Notes: generated by a model not told the origin, from the letters alone. A stretch of 38,024 nt of DNA from a virus (IMGVR_UViG_2531839235_000024), one strand, 5' to 3'. Positions 17,077 through 27,627 are shown, counted from the first letter of the stretch. Made by a program: numbers and translations.

Positions 17077-17637
17077 TTACAGTTCCTCCGGCGGTTCGAC
17101 CGCCGTTGTCGTGTTCCCCGGCAAATCAATATGTGCCTCAAACGGCGGCGTACCGGGCGGCTCCACAAAGGTTTCGTAATGACGCAGGAAGTCGTCCAGC
17201 GAGCTGGTATCGGTCAGCGGTGCGATCATTTCCTCGCAGGAGAAATAAAGCGCATACATCACCGCACCACTGTCCGCCTGGGTTTCGGTGTAACCGTTGA
17301 CCGCCTTTTCAAAGTAAAGCGGTGAGGTTTTTTCTGTTCTGAAGCCGTTAAGCACGGCAATCAGCCGGGCCACAATCTGATACAGTCCGGGACGGCTGGC
17401 CTCACGCCCGTTGAGCATGTCGCCGATGACGTAGAACACCCAGTGACTGACCAGGCGACCACGGGTACGGCCTTCACCGGCACCCAGCCAGGCAACGTAG
17501 ATCGCCGGGGCGTTAATCAACATGGTGCGCAGTACGCTGTCGCTCCAGTCGCCGGGATGCGTGTCAACAGACACCAGTTCATTCCCGAAATACTCACGGA
17601 TACGGGCGATGTATGCCTGTTCGGTTTCCGTAATCAT
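17077..17637 (-). CDS. Mu gp37-like head-tail joining protein
   Basis: 186 aa; position. Confidence 0.55.
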   Translation of the reverse strand: MITETEQAYIARIREYFGNELVSVDTHPGDWSDSVLRTMLINAPAIYVAWLGAGEGRTRGRLVSHWVFYVIGDMLNGREASRPGLYQIVARLIAVLNGFRTEKTSPLYFEKAVNGYTETQADSGAVMYALYFSCEEMIAPLTDTSSLDDFLRHYETFVEPPGTPPFEAHIDLPGNTTTAVEPPEEL

Positions 17638-18053
17638 ATGAAGCCCTTCTGGTTGCGCCCGAATACCGCTGCATCAGACTGAACCTGTGGTAAATCCCCG
17701 GATTCAGGGGCCGCACCGTTCGTATCCACACCGACCGGCACATTGCCGTTCATGACATCTTTCAGCCAGGCCAGCGCTTCACGGTAACGGTCACGCGCCT
17801 GATCGGAGGCTCGCTGATCGCACAGGTAATAAAAGGCAATCGCGCAACAGTGCTGAACAAGAACGGCCGGAATAACCTCCAGCGGCAACGTGTAACGGGC
17901 GGACAGATAGCTGTCGATAAGGGCTGACGCATCTGTCAGCGCCCGGTTCAGCTTGCGCGTGTCCGGCTCATCCGAACGGGGCACAGCCAGTAACGGCCTG
18001 AGCAAATCCTCGCGGTAACGCGCCCGCATATCGGTTTCAGTGGCGTAATTCAT
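17634..18053 (-). CDS. Mu gp36-like head-tail joining protein
   Basis: 139 aa; position. Confidence 0.55.
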   Translation of the reverse strand: MNYATETDMRARYREDLLRPLLAVPRSDEPDTRKLNRALTDASALIDSYLSARYTLPLEVIPAVLVQHCCAIAFYYLCDQRASDQARDRYREALAWLKDVMNGNVPVGVDTNGAAPESGDLPQVQSDAAVFGRNQKGFI

Positions 18054-18403
18054 GCGCGGGCCTTTTTCGCCTGTTTCGCTTTGTTACCGGTCTTTTTCCG
18101 GGGAGTATCCTGTCCGGCTTCGGCTAAATCTGTACCGGCCACTGCATGAACCACACCCGCCACGCTCCCCGCATCATCAGCAGGCGTCTGTAGTATTCGC
18201 ACAGTGAGGCATGGCTCCGCCTCCAGTCGGGCAAGCTGCTCCGGGGAGACCTCAACCTGCTGACGTCCACGCGTGAACAGGAACCCCGCACGACGAAACG
18301 CCGAACGACTGCAACGCACTTCTGCCAGCACTGTGACAGAATTGTCACCACTGACCTGAAGACCTGAATCATCTGTTGCTGCCACAGTGTGATGTTCATT
18401 CAT
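18050..18403 (-). CDS. Mu gp35-like hypothetical protein
   Basis: 117 aa, directly downstream of the major head gene. Confidence 0.45.
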   Translation of the reverse strand: MNEHHTVAATDDSGLQVSGDNSVTVLAEVRCSRSAFRRAGFLFTRGRQQVEVSPEQLARLEAEPCLTVRILQTPADDAGSVAGVVHAVAGTDLAEAGQDTPRKKTGNKAKQAKKARA

Positions 18404-18446
18404 ATTTGCCCTCCGCAGGGGCCGGGCCGTAAGCCCGGCTCACCGT

Positions 18447-19394
18447 TTACAGATAATCCGCGACAACCAGCTCCAGCTTGCCCTTCATCTCGTTAGAGAC
18501 GGTTGCGTTTCCGTCTGCGAACAGTTCACGCTCCAGCAGCTGCACCGCCTGTTTTTCCAGCGAGGTGGGGACAACAATATGGGTGGGTTTGATGCCGAGT
18601 TTGCGGCCACCGTCAGCGGTAAATTCGCGCATGGCTGACCAGCCGTGCCACAGTGCATCCAGCGTCAGCGGTGACTGCATCATGTAGGCCATCTGCCAGA
18701 AGCCGTAGCCCACATTGCGACGGGCGGATGCACCAAACACAAATTCGTTATCGGTGAATGCGCGACCTTCATCGACTTTGGTCTGGGCAACCAGTTCAGC
18801 CTTACGGCGATCCTGATAAATCAGCGGTTTGATTGCGCGTGAACAGTCGAGCAGATACCAGGCAGGACCGCTGTAATCCGCTTGTGCACCGACAGAGCCG
18901 GTTTTTGCCACAAACATATTGCTGACCATCTGCGCATCCCCGGAGCCATCCACTTTGGGGTAAACAGGATGTTCGGTATCAAAGAAGTTCTGGCCGTCAT
19001 AGCAGGCCGCATTAATCCCGTCACGAAGAGCAGCAAAGACCAGTTCATCCGGTTGTGCCGCAGCAGCGCGCCCCATCTCCTGGAACAACGGGGAATAAAT
19101 ACCGAGGTTATCGTCTTCGAAGTCATCGCGGTTAATGGCGACGGTGCCTTCAAAGGTTTTGTTCACGATGGCATAGCCATAGGCCTTCATCTTCTCGATG
19201 ACGCGGGAGCCGATCCACTCACGGAACTGCGGGAACTGCCCCAGCCAGCCGTAGGTGTTGGATTTCGACGTGGACGGTACGGTCATCGCAATTTTTTTGT
19301 ACTGCGACGGGGCCATGGACATCCCGGCCTGAAAATCAGAACGGTAGCCCGTCATCAGGGCGGTGATCATCGCCGGTGTAATCGGGGTAGGCAT
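18447..19394 (-). CDS. Major head subunit (Mu T-like)
   Basis: 315 aa versus about 305 aa in Mu; follows the protease/scaffold gene. Confidence 0.75.
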   Translation of the reverse strand: MPTPITPAMITALMTGYRSDFQAGMSMAPSQYKKIAMTVPSTSKSNTYGWLGQFPQFREWIGSRVIEKMKAYGYAIVNKTFEGTVAINRDDFEDDNLGIYSPLFQEMGRAAAAQPDELVFAALRDGINAACYDGQNFFDTEHPVYPKVDGSGDAQMVSNMFVAKTGSVGAQADYSGPAWYLLDCSRAIKPLIYQDRRKAELVAQTKVDEGRAFTDNEFVFGASARRNVGYGFWQMAYMMQSPLTLDALWHGWSAMREFTADGGRKLGIKPTHIVVPTSLEKQAVQLLERELFADGNATVSNEMKGKLELVVADYL

Positions 19395-20518
19395 TATTGC
19401 ATTTCCTCTTTCATTTTCAGGAACTCGGCTTCGGTTTTACCCAGCAGTTTGGCGGCCGCGATATCTTCAGCCGACAGCACAGCGGTGGCAGTCTTTTTAT
19501 CCGGCACGGTCACGGTGTCGGTCTGAAGGCCGGTCAGGGCCGCAACCGGCTGGCGGGCGTCAAGCTGTGCAGAAAGTGCCGCAACGCCAATCTGCCCGCC
19601 CAGTTGTTCCAGATAGCCGCGTTCGCTTTTGAAGATGCGCCCTTCGGATTCAGCCTTGTCCAGCACCTGCTCCAGCGTGGTGCTGCCGTGCTGCGCCGAC
19701 AGCGCAACGTATTCGGTACGCAGGGCGTTATACGTTTCAACGGGCACGTATTTCGTCAGATCAATACTGCCGCCAGCCGGTGTGCCTTTTGCGGTTTCCA
19801 GCTCTGCCGACAGACTGGCGACCTGTGTTTTCAGGTTGTCGTGTGCATCCGCACGGGTTTTGATCCCGGTGAGGGCAGACAGCGCCGCCGTGCCCAGCTC
19901 CGGCGTAAATTCGTCACCGTCAGCCACGGTCAGACCGAGCGCCGTCAGCAACTGGCGTAATTGCTCATTCATGGAGGTATCCTTTAAAGGAGGGTTTAAG
20001 GCGTTATAAAGGTCATCCGCCGACAGTGCGGCGACAGGATTCATGCCGGTCAGACCGGGGTCACCGGTAATAGCCAGCATCCGAAGTTCGACAGGTTCGC
20101 CGGTGCTCTCGTCATAGCCAATCACCGGTGAAAACCAGGGGAATTCGTTATTACGCAGATGTTCAAGGGCCGGAGGGTTCCACTTCGGGCGCACCTCGAA
20201 ACCTCGCTCTTCACTGAAGCGAAAATTCTCCGGTGAGGCCATCACAAAACCGGCAGCCGGTGCCGGATGTCCCTCAATCAGGGTCTGGTGGTTGTAGTCA
20301 ATTTTCACCGGCTGATTGAGCGCCACAACACGGGAGACCATGCGCTCAACGGTCGCACGGTTAATCAGCCAGCCTTCAGCCGGTTTTTCCGGGCGACCGT
20401 CACGGGCCTTTACCCGACCGGCTGGCATGATCTGACACCAGTCACCGTCCCCGTCTGCGGACAGGCTGATGGCATTCAGAATGGCATAAGCAAGTTTGGG
20501 CGTGTTTTTCGTCTTCAT
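19394..20518 (-). CDS. Head maturation protease / scaffold (Mu I-like; nested Z-type scaffold likely)
   Basis: 374 aa; position between G and T; Ala/Leu-rich coiled-coil C-terminal half typical of a scaffold. Confidence 0.7.
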   Translation of the reverse strand: MKTKNTPKLAYAILNAISLSADGDGDWCQIMPAGRVKARDGRPEKPAEGWLINRATVERMVSRVVALNQPVKIDYNHQTLIEGHPAPAAGFVMASPENFRFSEERGFEVRPKWNPPALEHLRNNEFPWFSPVIGYDESTGEPVELRMLAITGDPGLTGMNPVAALSADDLYNALNPPLKDTSMNEQLRQLLTALGLTVADGDEFTPELGTAALSALTGIKTRADAHDNLKTQVASLSAELETAKGTPAGGSIDLTKYVPVETYNALRTEYVALSAQHGSTTLEQVLDKAESEGRIFKSERGYLEQLGGQIGVAALSAQLDARQPVAALTGLQTDTVTVPDKKTATAVLSAEDIAAAKLLGKTEAEFLKMKEEMQ

Positions 20519-20694
20519 TCCGGCAGCATAAGCCGGGAATTTTCAGGACGGGTTTTGCGGGATTTCAGGAAGTGCTTTCAGGGGAAAAATACAAAGGCGC
20601 TTCACGCAGATTTTAAAGCCCGTTAAATACAGGTTAGAAAATCACGACACGCGCCTGAAGGGGGTAAGGTAATGCATTTGCATACCTTAAACAA

Positions 20695-21168
20695 TTAAGG
20701 CGTTTCTGTGGCCTTTTTAAAGCGTTTTCTGATTTCGTCCATGATCTCCTGCTCTGCCACCTGATCAAAGCCCATATACGGACGTGCACCAATGGCCGCC
20801 GGTCCAGGCGGCATACCTGGCAGGCCACCCCACTGATGAATGGCCGCATAAGGCTCATTTGATCCAATCAGCGCCCAGGTATCGCCATAATCCGTGGTCA
20901 GGCGTCGGGCCAGATCGCCGTTCAGCGTCAGGATTTTGCCGGGCATGTATCCCTTACGGGTACGCCACTTGCGGTAAGGATCTGACCAGTCATGCCAGCG
21001 TTCGCCGTCCGGCTCTTTTTCCTGTTCAAACGCCATTTCTGACGATGACAGAAGGCTGGACGCCACACTGCGGGCCAGGTCTTTTCCGCCACCCACAAAC
21101 TGAAGCCGGGCAAAGACCCGCTGGAGACGCGTAACGTCAACAACGACGGCGGCATCAATGGATGACAT
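20695..21168 (-). CDS. Virion morphogenesis protein (Mu G-like)
   Basis: 157 aa; position. Confidence 0.6.
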   Translation of the reverse strand: MSSIDAAVVVDVTRLQRVFARLQFVGGGKDLARSVASSLLSSSEMAFEQEKEPDGERWHDWSDPYRKWRTRKGYMPGKILTLNGDLARRLTTDYGDTWALIGSNEPYAAIHQWGGLPGMPPGPAAIGARPYMGFDQVAEQEIMDEIRKRFKKATETP

Positions 21169-21289
21169 ATTGCCTCCGTATAAAATATGAATATAAAATA
21201 AGCAGGCGGTCAGTGTACGCTTAACTGGTAAAGTCGGTGCCTGCCTCCGGGTGGATCATGTATGCGGGTTCGACCCCCGCCACTGACCG

Positions 21290-22621
21290 TTAATCAATAT
21301 CTCCTTCCAGTACCTCAAGCATTCCGCCCCGGATATCCGATTTCAGCTTATCCATATTGATAACCCGGTAAGCATTAACAATCACATCCAGTTTATCCGG
21401 CTGACGCTTCAGGCTGTACGGTGCATTAACGGCAATCTGCACACTGCCATCCTGATTTTCCACGATATACATCAGATTGTTGTGCCGTTTGTCCCACAGT
21501 ACCGCTTTTGGCCTTGCCAGCATTGCCGGTAAGCGCCCGAAATCCTCCGGTGTCAGGGCGATACCGTCATTCTGATGTTTCATGCTGTCCGCATGGAGCA
21601 CATTTTTACCGCTCATCGCCAGCAGGCGGGCCGGTGGCGTTCCCGTCCGGCTTTCCACCGCCTGCGCAATGCTTTCGGTCATAAAGCCCAGCGTGCGGAT
21701 ATCGTTACCGCCTCGCCGGGTTTTCATGATGTTTTTTGCCCAGATGCGGAACGCCAGCTGCCGCTCCGGGCTGTTGTTCATCTCCTGAACCACCATTTCC
21801 CGTAACGCCGGGCTTTTCACCTCGATCAGTTTACGGATCAGCGCCTGGTCTGTGCCGAACGCCGCCGAACCGGGGTTATATGACCAGCCCACATCCGGTG
21901 TCATGGTTCTGGTGCCATCTGAATATGTGGTCACCGGCATTTCTCTGACTTCCCCGGTCTGCTTATCCACGCCAGCCTCAACATTGCGGGTGGAGAGATG
22001 ATCCTGACCGGATGAAACGGATAACCCCATTGCATCCAGACGGGCCTGAGACAATGGCCGGACACGGCAGCGACAGTTCCAGCCATTGGGTGGGTAGTGT
22101 GTATTCCAGAACGGATCGTCATAGCGGAATACCAGACCGTTAAGAGCGGAATGCGCCGGGCGGGTGCGGCTGTCCATCACCGCCACATACTGCCAGAACG
22201 GATGCGTGTCCGTGTTGTTCATCATCTGCGTGTAACGCCCGGCATTGTAAGCCACACGGGTGTTCACGTTGTAAATCAGCGCCAGACGGCGGGGACTGCC
22301 CAGCTGCACTTCTTCCGCGTTACCGGCACTGTCCACCACAATCTGTTTTCCCCACCATCCCAGCTTTTGCAGGCGGGGCGTCAGTGTGCGGATAAATGCT
22401 TTCTGTGAAATCCCCTCATCAACAGCACGCTGCACTTCCGCCTGTAGTGTGGTCAGTACGTCCAGGCGTGCCACTCTTGCCGCCGTGAATGAACGGGCAT
22501 GAACATCCGCGTCTGTTTCGAACCAGTTCCAGCTGATATGCGCCCCTTTGGCGCGGAAGTATGCCACCGCCTCTTTTGAGGGAAGGGTGGCGGCATAACC
22601 TAAATCAATCCCCTGTGCCAT
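21290..22621 (-). CDS. Head morphogenesis protein (Mu F / SPP1 gp7 family)
   Basis: 443 aa with the conserved motif YPPNGWNCRCRV; directly downstream of the portal. Confidence 0.75.
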   Translation of the reverse strand: MAQGIDLGYAATLPSKEAVAYFRAKGAHISWNWFETDADVHARSFTAARVARLDVLTTLQAEVQRAVDEGISQKAFIRTLTPRLQKLGWWGKQIVVDSAGNAEEVQLGSPRRLALIYNVNTRVAYNAGRYTQMMNNTDTHPFWQYVAVMDSRTRPAHSALNGLVFRYDDPFWNTHYPPNGWNCRCRVRPLSQARLDAMGLSVSSGQDHLSTRNVEAGVDKQTGEVREMPVTTYSDGTRTMTPDVGWSYNPGSAAFGTDQALIRKLIEVKSPALREMVVQEMNNSPERQLAFRIWAKNIMKTRRGGNDIRTLGFMTESIAQAVESRTGTPPARLLAMSGKNVLHADSMKHQNDGIALTPEDFGRLPAMLARPKAVLWDKRHNNLMYIVENQDGSVQIAVNAPYSLKRQPDKLDVIVNAYRVINMDKLKSDIRGGMLEVLEGDID

Positions 22622-24203
22622 CCAGCATCCCCTTCATTTCCGCAGCAAACATGGCATCACTGAGCAGCGTCATCAGGCGGGAATCATCCATTTCACGGTA
22701 AAGGGCAGGCAGGTCTGCCAGCGCATCCGCCAGCCCCCGCGTTCTGATGGCATCAATGACCGGCTCCAGCAGCAGGTCGATAGCGTCCTGTAACCGGCGG
22801 GCAGGCACCGCATCCCCCATATCGTCCAGTTCATCACGGGGGCTGCTTTTCGCTTCCGGCAGTCGGGCTGACAGCGCCGTCTGCTCTGTCTTTTCCTGTT
22901 TTTCCGGTGGCATCTCTTTGTCTGTCTGAGCAGGTTCATTGCCACTCTGACGGACACGGAAGATGGCTTCACCGGGGGCAGGCTGTGGAATACCGGTCTG
23001 GTCCCGTACCCAGGGATCAGGAATATCCATCCCCGTACTGAGCTGCATCACCGCACTGGTGATTTTGGTGATATCCCCCGGCTCTTTTGTCTGGAAACAG
23101 ATACGCGGCAGGCGACGGATATCAATGGCGTGGGCGGTGTTCAGGGCATACAGCGGATACACCAGATCGCGGTTCAGCGTGGCGGCCAGCTGGCGTAAAT
23201 CAGAATCCCTGATTTCCCGGCGCACCTCGTTATGCACTTCACCCAGCGAGCGCGCGCCTTTGTCTCCGGCTTCCGTGGTCAGCGTGCCGCCGAGTATTGC
23301 TTTGGAGATGGAACGCTCCCCCCACGAAATCATGGTTTCAAACGGATCGGCCTGACCGTTCGCGGCTGCCTGAAACTCCAGAGACATCCCGGCCGGGATG
23401 ATCCCGCCTGTACGTCGCCCGATATCCATCACCGCCCGCATCAGGGCGCTTTTCTGCTCCGGCGTTGCCCCGGACGGGTATTTACCGACCTTCATCGGCA
23501 GGCCGTACACCTCCAGAAATTCAGCCAGATCGCGCACGGAATAGTTTTTGAAAATGAACGGCCAGATAAGCGTTCTGACAAGCCCTGTTGCGCCGCCGTA
23601 ACCGGTGCGTGAACGTGACTGATGCACTATCCAGCCAAAGGGCTGAAACGCCACCCCGGCATGGCTGCCGTCACGCAGCCGCAGTTCGCTCAAATCATCC
23701 GGGTTAAGGCAGAAATGCCCGCTGTCACGCCAGCGGATGGCGCGGATGATGTGCATTTTACCGAGCATCCCGTGCTCAATCTCCATGCAGGAATAGCCTT
23801 TCAGGATGGCATCGGTGGCATCAAACAGCATGGCATCAAACCAGTCGGCGGAATGCAGATATTCGTCGAGCATTTCCGCGTCCTTTTTCTCATTCGCGCT
23901 GGCGTTCGGTGGCGGCTCAATACTCCAGGGCACCCCCTGAATGGCAAGGCGTCGCTTGCCCAGCTCTGCAAAAAGGTGGGTATCCTTTTCTTCAATGTCA
24001 GCGGCCAGATCGGACTGGGCAATCAGATCGCCACGTTCAGCCCCGCGAAGGCACTGTGCCGCCCGGTTCGGGGTGATACCCGAGGCCGGATGTTCAATAT
24101 AACGGCTGGCAATCTGCGGAATATCCAGCGCGGCGCTCTGCATCTCCGGGTCAAAGGAGAAAGGTTTTCCGTCAAGATCAATTATACGTCCCACTACCAG
24201 CAC
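22605..24203 (-). CDS. Portal protein (Mu H/gp29-like)
   Basis: 532 aa; downstream of the large terminase. Confidence 0.75.
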   Translation of the reverse strand: MLVVGRIIDLDGKPFSFDPEMQSAALDIPQIASRYIEHPASGITPNRAAQCLRGAERGDLIAQSDLAADIEEKDTHLFAELGKRRLAIQGVPWSIEPPPNASANEKKDAEMLDEYLHSADWFDAMLFDATDAILKGYSCMEIEHGMLGKMHIIRAIRWRDSGHFCLNPDDLSELRLRDGSHAGVAFQPFGWIVHQSRSRTGYGGATGLVRTLIWPFIFKNYSVRDLAEFLEVYGLPMKVGKYPSGATPEQKSALMRAVMDIGRRTGGIIPAGMSLEFQAAANGQADPFETMISWGERSISKAILGGTLTTEAGDKGARSLGEVHNEVRREIRDSDLRQLAATLNRDLVYPLYALNTAHAIDIRRLPRICFQTKEPGDITKITSAVMQLSTGMDIPDPWVRDQTGIPQPAPGEAIFRVRQSGNEPAQTDKEMPPEKQEKTEQTALSARLPEAKSSPRDELDDMGDAVPARRLQDAIDLLLEPVIDAIRTRGLADALADLPALYREMDDSRLMTLLSDAMFAAEMKGMLDGTGD

Positions 24204-25858
24204 CCCCGATCAAATTCATGATATGCCTCATCGTCATCACGATAACCGCCCTCCATGGCCCGCGACCGCTCCGGCAGCGCCTGACAGGCTGATTCATCCA
24301 GGATGAAGCCCTCCATGTATGACGCCCGGTTTGCCATACAGAGCGCCACGGCAAAATCGCCATGGCGGCGGGCGTTCACAGCCGTTGCGTTCTGGTCCTT
24401 CGTACGCCCCTTGTCAATTTGCGGGATACCGTTCACCACCTTCACATGGCGCAAATCATCAAGCGTGGTCTGATGGCGGGCGACGAGGATATTCTGATCC
24501 TCAAACTCGGCCTTCAGTTTTGGCATCCACTCGCCGTACCACTTCGGCGATAACATCACGCAGTCGATGATGTCCGGGCCAAAGGCCAGCAGCGCGGCTT
24601 CGGCCAGATAGCCGCCGTTACCGGTGGCGTCGAACGCCGCACCGACCAGCGCCGGAACGCGGGTCAGGATGTACATCATCACCTGCTCCTGCTGGGCATA
24701 CGGCAGGTTGCGCAGCTCCACGCGAAACACCTCGCGTTTTGCCAGGGATTCGGTGATTTCCAGCAGCACAAAGCAGGAGAGGTCACCGGTGCGGGCAAAG
24801 TCTTCCCCGAAGCTGAAGCGGGAACGGGGATTTAACGCCTCTAAAAGCGGTTTTAAATGTTCTTCACACCAGGTTAAAACCTCCGATTCACGCAGCCATG
24901 CGGCACGGCTGATGAAGTCGTCCGGGGCTTCAAACGTCAGAATCGGGATGTCGCGGAGCATCGCCATTTCAATAAGCGCGTGAGGAATATAGGCACCGCC
25001 GGATTTTTTCGGGATACAGCCGTATTCCTCGTCGGCATCCTCACGGGTCGGGGCGTTTTTGTAGAGATCATCACGCCACTTCTGCTCGCTTTCCGGTGAC
25101 CATTCGCGGCCGGTGACATAACAGATACGACGGTACAGCCCGTCCGCAATGGCATCATCCAGGGTAATGCGGTGGACGCTGTAATCCTTGCGCCCCTCGC
25201 GGGCTTCCTGAATGTACTGATTAAACAGATTATCGACGCCGTTATGCGTGGAGATAATACGCACGCGCGCGCCCCACATGGTGAGCGCCATTGCCGCCTT
25301 GAGAAGCTCATCCAGTGACTCGTGGAACGCGGCTTCATCAATCACCACATCCCCCTGAAGGCCGCGCAGGTTTGACGGACGGGAAGACAGTGCCTGAATT
25401 TTGAATCCACTGTTCGGAAAGCGGATCATGTAGGTCAGAATTTCTTCTTTTTTATCCCGATCCCAGAAGGTCTGCTCATACACATCAGCATCTGCCAGCT
25501 GGTTAAAGGCACGGGAGAACAGTGCACAGGCAGAAATATATTCCAGCGCCATCTCCTGCTTTGACCCCACATAAAACACATTGCGGCCACCGCGCCGCTT
25601 CGGTTTTGCAGCGGTAATGACGTTACGCCCGGCTTCCGCCCAGGTAAGCCCGGTGCGGCGGGATTTTTCCGCGATGCAGACCTCGCTTTCATCCTCAAAC
25701 CAGCGGGCCTGATAATCCAGAAATACCGGCATATCACCGGGCAAATCAAGGCTGTCCGGCACATCCACGCCCAGCAGGGCTTTTTCACCGGCCAGATCAA
25801 TTTTGCGGGTGGAGACGGTATTCGTCAGTAAGGGGGAGAGTTCTTCGGCGTTATTCAT
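24194..25858 (-). CDS. Terminase large subunit (Mu gp28-like)
   Basis: 554 aa; position between the small terminase-like gene and the portal. Confidence 0.75.
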   Translation of the reverse strand: MNNAEELSPLLTNTVSTRKIDLAGEKALLGVDVPDSLDLPGDMPVFLDYQARWFEDESEVCIAEKSRRTGLTWAEAGRNVITAAKPKRRGGRNVFYVGSKQEMALEYISACALFSRAFNQLADADVYEQTFWDRDKKEEILTYMIRFPNSGFKIQALSSRPSNLRGLQGDVVIDEAAFHESLDELLKAAMALTMWGARVRIISTHNGVDNLFNQYIQEAREGRKDYSVHRITLDDAIADGLYRRICYVTGREWSPESEQKWRDDLYKNAPTREDADEEYGCIPKKSGGAYIPHALIEMAMLRDIPILTFEAPDDFISRAAWLRESEVLTWCEEHLKPLLEALNPRSRFSFGEDFARTGDLSCFVLLEITESLAKREVFRVELRNLPYAQQEQVMMYILTRVPALVGAAFDATGNGGYLAEAALLAFGPDIIDCVMLSPKWYGEWMPKLKAEFEDQNILVARHQTTLDDLRHVKVVNGIPQIDKGRTKDQNATAVNARRHGDFAVALCMANRASYMEGFILDESACQALPERSRAMEGGYRDDDEAYHEFDRGCW

Positions 25859-26439
25859 CAGACTTTACCCAACAGAATCCCCTTAATACGGGACTCAAGC
25901 TGTTCACTCATCCCGTCCACGCCGCGCAGCTCGTCGGTGACGGCGTTTGCCATCTCTTCAGCAAATGCAGCCCTGATTTCTTTTTCACGCTTAATGCTGC
26001 GCTCGGCGGCACTTTCCGCACGCTGTGCTGACAGGAGGATGTCCTTAATAAGACGCATATCCACGTCGCTGTCACTGTTCAGGGATTCGGTCGCGGCACG
26101 CAGACGGCGGTACATCAGGGCGCGGGACATCTCCAGGATCAATGCAGTGGTTTCACCGGTTGGCTTGTCCCCCAGTTCGGCCATCATGGCTTTTGTCTGC
26201 TCGCGTAAATCACGCAGGTTACGGGCAATCAGCTCATTACGGGAGGCTTCCCGGCTGATGGCCGCCGGTGAAAGCTGCTGCTCTTCCGGCAGGCCCGCCT
26301 TACGGATCAGACGGTTGATTTCCTCGCGTATCTGGACCTGCGTCAGACGTTTTTCACGCAGCATTTCCAGCAGTGGCTTACGGATGCTGTCGGGGAGCAA
26401 GTCCACCTTGCGTACACGGCCACGCGTTGGCTTATCCAT
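25858..26439 (-). CDS. Terminase small subunit-like protein (Mu gp27-like)
   Basis: 193 aa with a basic N-terminal region and helical body; immediately upstream of the large subunit. Confidence 0.6.
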   Translation of the reverse strand: MDKPTRGRVRKVDLLPDSIRKPLLEMLREKRLTQVQIREEINRLIRKAGLPEEQQLSPAAISREASRNELIARNLRDLREQTKAMMAELGDKPTGETTALILEMSRALMYRRLRAATESLNSDSDVDMRLIKDILLSAQRAESAAERSIKREKEIRAAFAEEMANAVTDELRGVDGMSEQLESRIKGILLGKV

Positions 26440-26441
26440 CG

Positions 26442-26732
26442 TTACCCCCTTGCGCGTGGTTTCTTCACACCCGGAACGGTGGCGCGGCCTTCCGCCACAT
26501 CCTGACCCCGGCCGGTCAGTTCAGCGATGAAATAACCATTAACGAGCGTGCGCTTACGCACCAGCCCCTGCTCGGCAAGCCAGGCAATATGAGTATGAAC
26601 GGTGTCGCGGGACACGCGGTGACCGTAATCATCCAGACAGTCCTGGAGCACGGATTCACCCAGTTCGCCGTTGTAATCCGCCAGCGACCGCAGAATGACA
26701 AGACGCTGATCTTCAGTAATGAAATCACTCAT
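26442..26732 (-). CDS. Mu gp26-like hypothetical protein (possible winged-helix)
   Basis: 96 aa; position. Confidence 0.45.
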   Translation of the reverse strand: MSDFITEDQRLVILRSLADYNGELGESVLQDCLDDYGHRVSRDTVHTHIAWLAEQGLVRKRTLVNGYFIAELTGRGQDVAEGRATVPGVKKPRARG

Positions 26733-27037
26733 TGTGTTTTTTTCCTTACCGCCTGCTCCAGCAGCAGTTCGTTCTGATAGGAGACAGAGCGGAGCGTGGC
26801 GTTCGTGGTTTTCAGTTCACCCCGCAGGGTCACGATTTCCACATTCAGACGGTTGACCTCGGCTTCTGTCGGCAGTGACGACAGGCGGGTTTCCACCTTC
26901 TCAACGCGGTCGGAGAGTTTTTCAAAGGCCTCGCGGGGGACAAACGTTTTGCGCATCAGCGCCATGAATATCCCGCCAGCGGTTGCCGTCGCCGAAAGGA
27001 TCGGCACAACATAATCTTTAACGATGCTGACCCACAT
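26729..27037 (-). CDS. Membrane-anchored coiled-coil protein (Mu gp25-like, lysis-associated)
   Basis: 102 aa with an N-terminal TM helix (VVPILSATATAGGIFMALM) followed by a coiled-coil. Confidence 0.5.
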   Translation of the reverse strand: MWVSIVKDYVVPILSATATAGGIFMALMRKTFVPREAFEKLSDRVEKVETRLSSLPTEAEVNRLNVEIVTLRGELKTTNATLRSVSYQNELLLEQAVRKKTQ

Positions 27038-27245
27038 GACGGGCCTCCATGATGTTCTGGCAGTTCACACAACGGATGGCATCCGGCACAGCAACAAGAC
27101 GTGCGGCGGGGATCTCTCCGCCACAGTCCGCGCAGACACGTCTGCCCGGAGCATCCATTGCCCGGCGCTTACGTGTCAGCCGGTTACAAAGGGCGCGTTC
27201 TGATCCCCGCTCCATCACAGCCTGAGCACGATCTGAATCATCCAT
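27018..27245 (-). CDS. TraR/DksA-family C4 zinc-finger protein
   Basis: Start taken at the internal ATG at 27245 with an AAGGAAAAAGG RBS; C-terminal CADCGGEIP...IRCVNCQ four-cysteine motif. Confidence 0.6.
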   Translation of the reverse strand: MDDSDRAQAVMERGSERALCNRLTRKRRAMDAPGRRVCADCGGEIPAARLVAVPDAIRCVNCQNIMEARHVGQHR

Positions 27246-27255
27246 ACCTTTTTCC

Positions 27256-27627
27256 TTACTTCGTCTTTCCTGCCGGAACAGCAGGCGTTCCGGCCATATC
27301 AGTAAATTCATGTTGTCGCCGCGCCTCCAGACGACGAATACTGGCCTTGTCCACGTTGCAGTTCTTGATCACCGCCAGCAGTTGCAGGTTGTAAGTGACC
27401 GATGCCCCAAACGTGAACGGCTCCGGCGCAGGAGGGACCAGGCAGTCAGCCAGCCATTCAGCGGGGATCGGCACCGGCTTCACAGGCACGTATTTCACAG
27501 ACGGCCCGGCGCACCCGATCAGCCACATCATCAGGAACAGGGGCAGAGGCCGCAGGCACTGCCGCCAGCGACCGGCGGACAACGCTCTGCTGCCCCTCGC
27601 TGTGCTGAATGTTCTGTTGTTTTTCAT
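27256..27627 (-). CDS. o-spanin (Rz1-like outer-membrane lipoprotein), overlapping the i-spanin in another frame
   Basis: Lipobox LIGC then a proline-rich mature region (PVKPVPIPAEW...PPAPEP); start at the ATG at 27627 is a guess; ORF extends past the i-spanin stop. Confidence 0.5.
   Translation of the reverse strand: MKNNRTFSTARGSRALSAGRWRQCLRPLPLFLMMWLIGCAGPSVKYVPVKPVPIPAEWLADCLVPPAPEPFTFGASVTYNLQLLAVIKNCNVDKASIRRLEARRQHEFTDMAGTPAVPAGKTK

Noticed and set aside
21209-21288. tRNA-like element: a perfect T-arm-like hairpin GCGGG-TTCGACC-CCCGC followed by a 7-nt strand complementary to GTCAGTG at 21209-21215
   Set aside because: No acceptable anticodon arm can be drawn, the total span is 80 nt, and the D-arm fits only with a one-base offset. 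It is probably a GC-rich intergenic hairpin between the F-like and G-like genes rather than a tRNA gene or att core; Mu-like phages do not use tRNA att sites.
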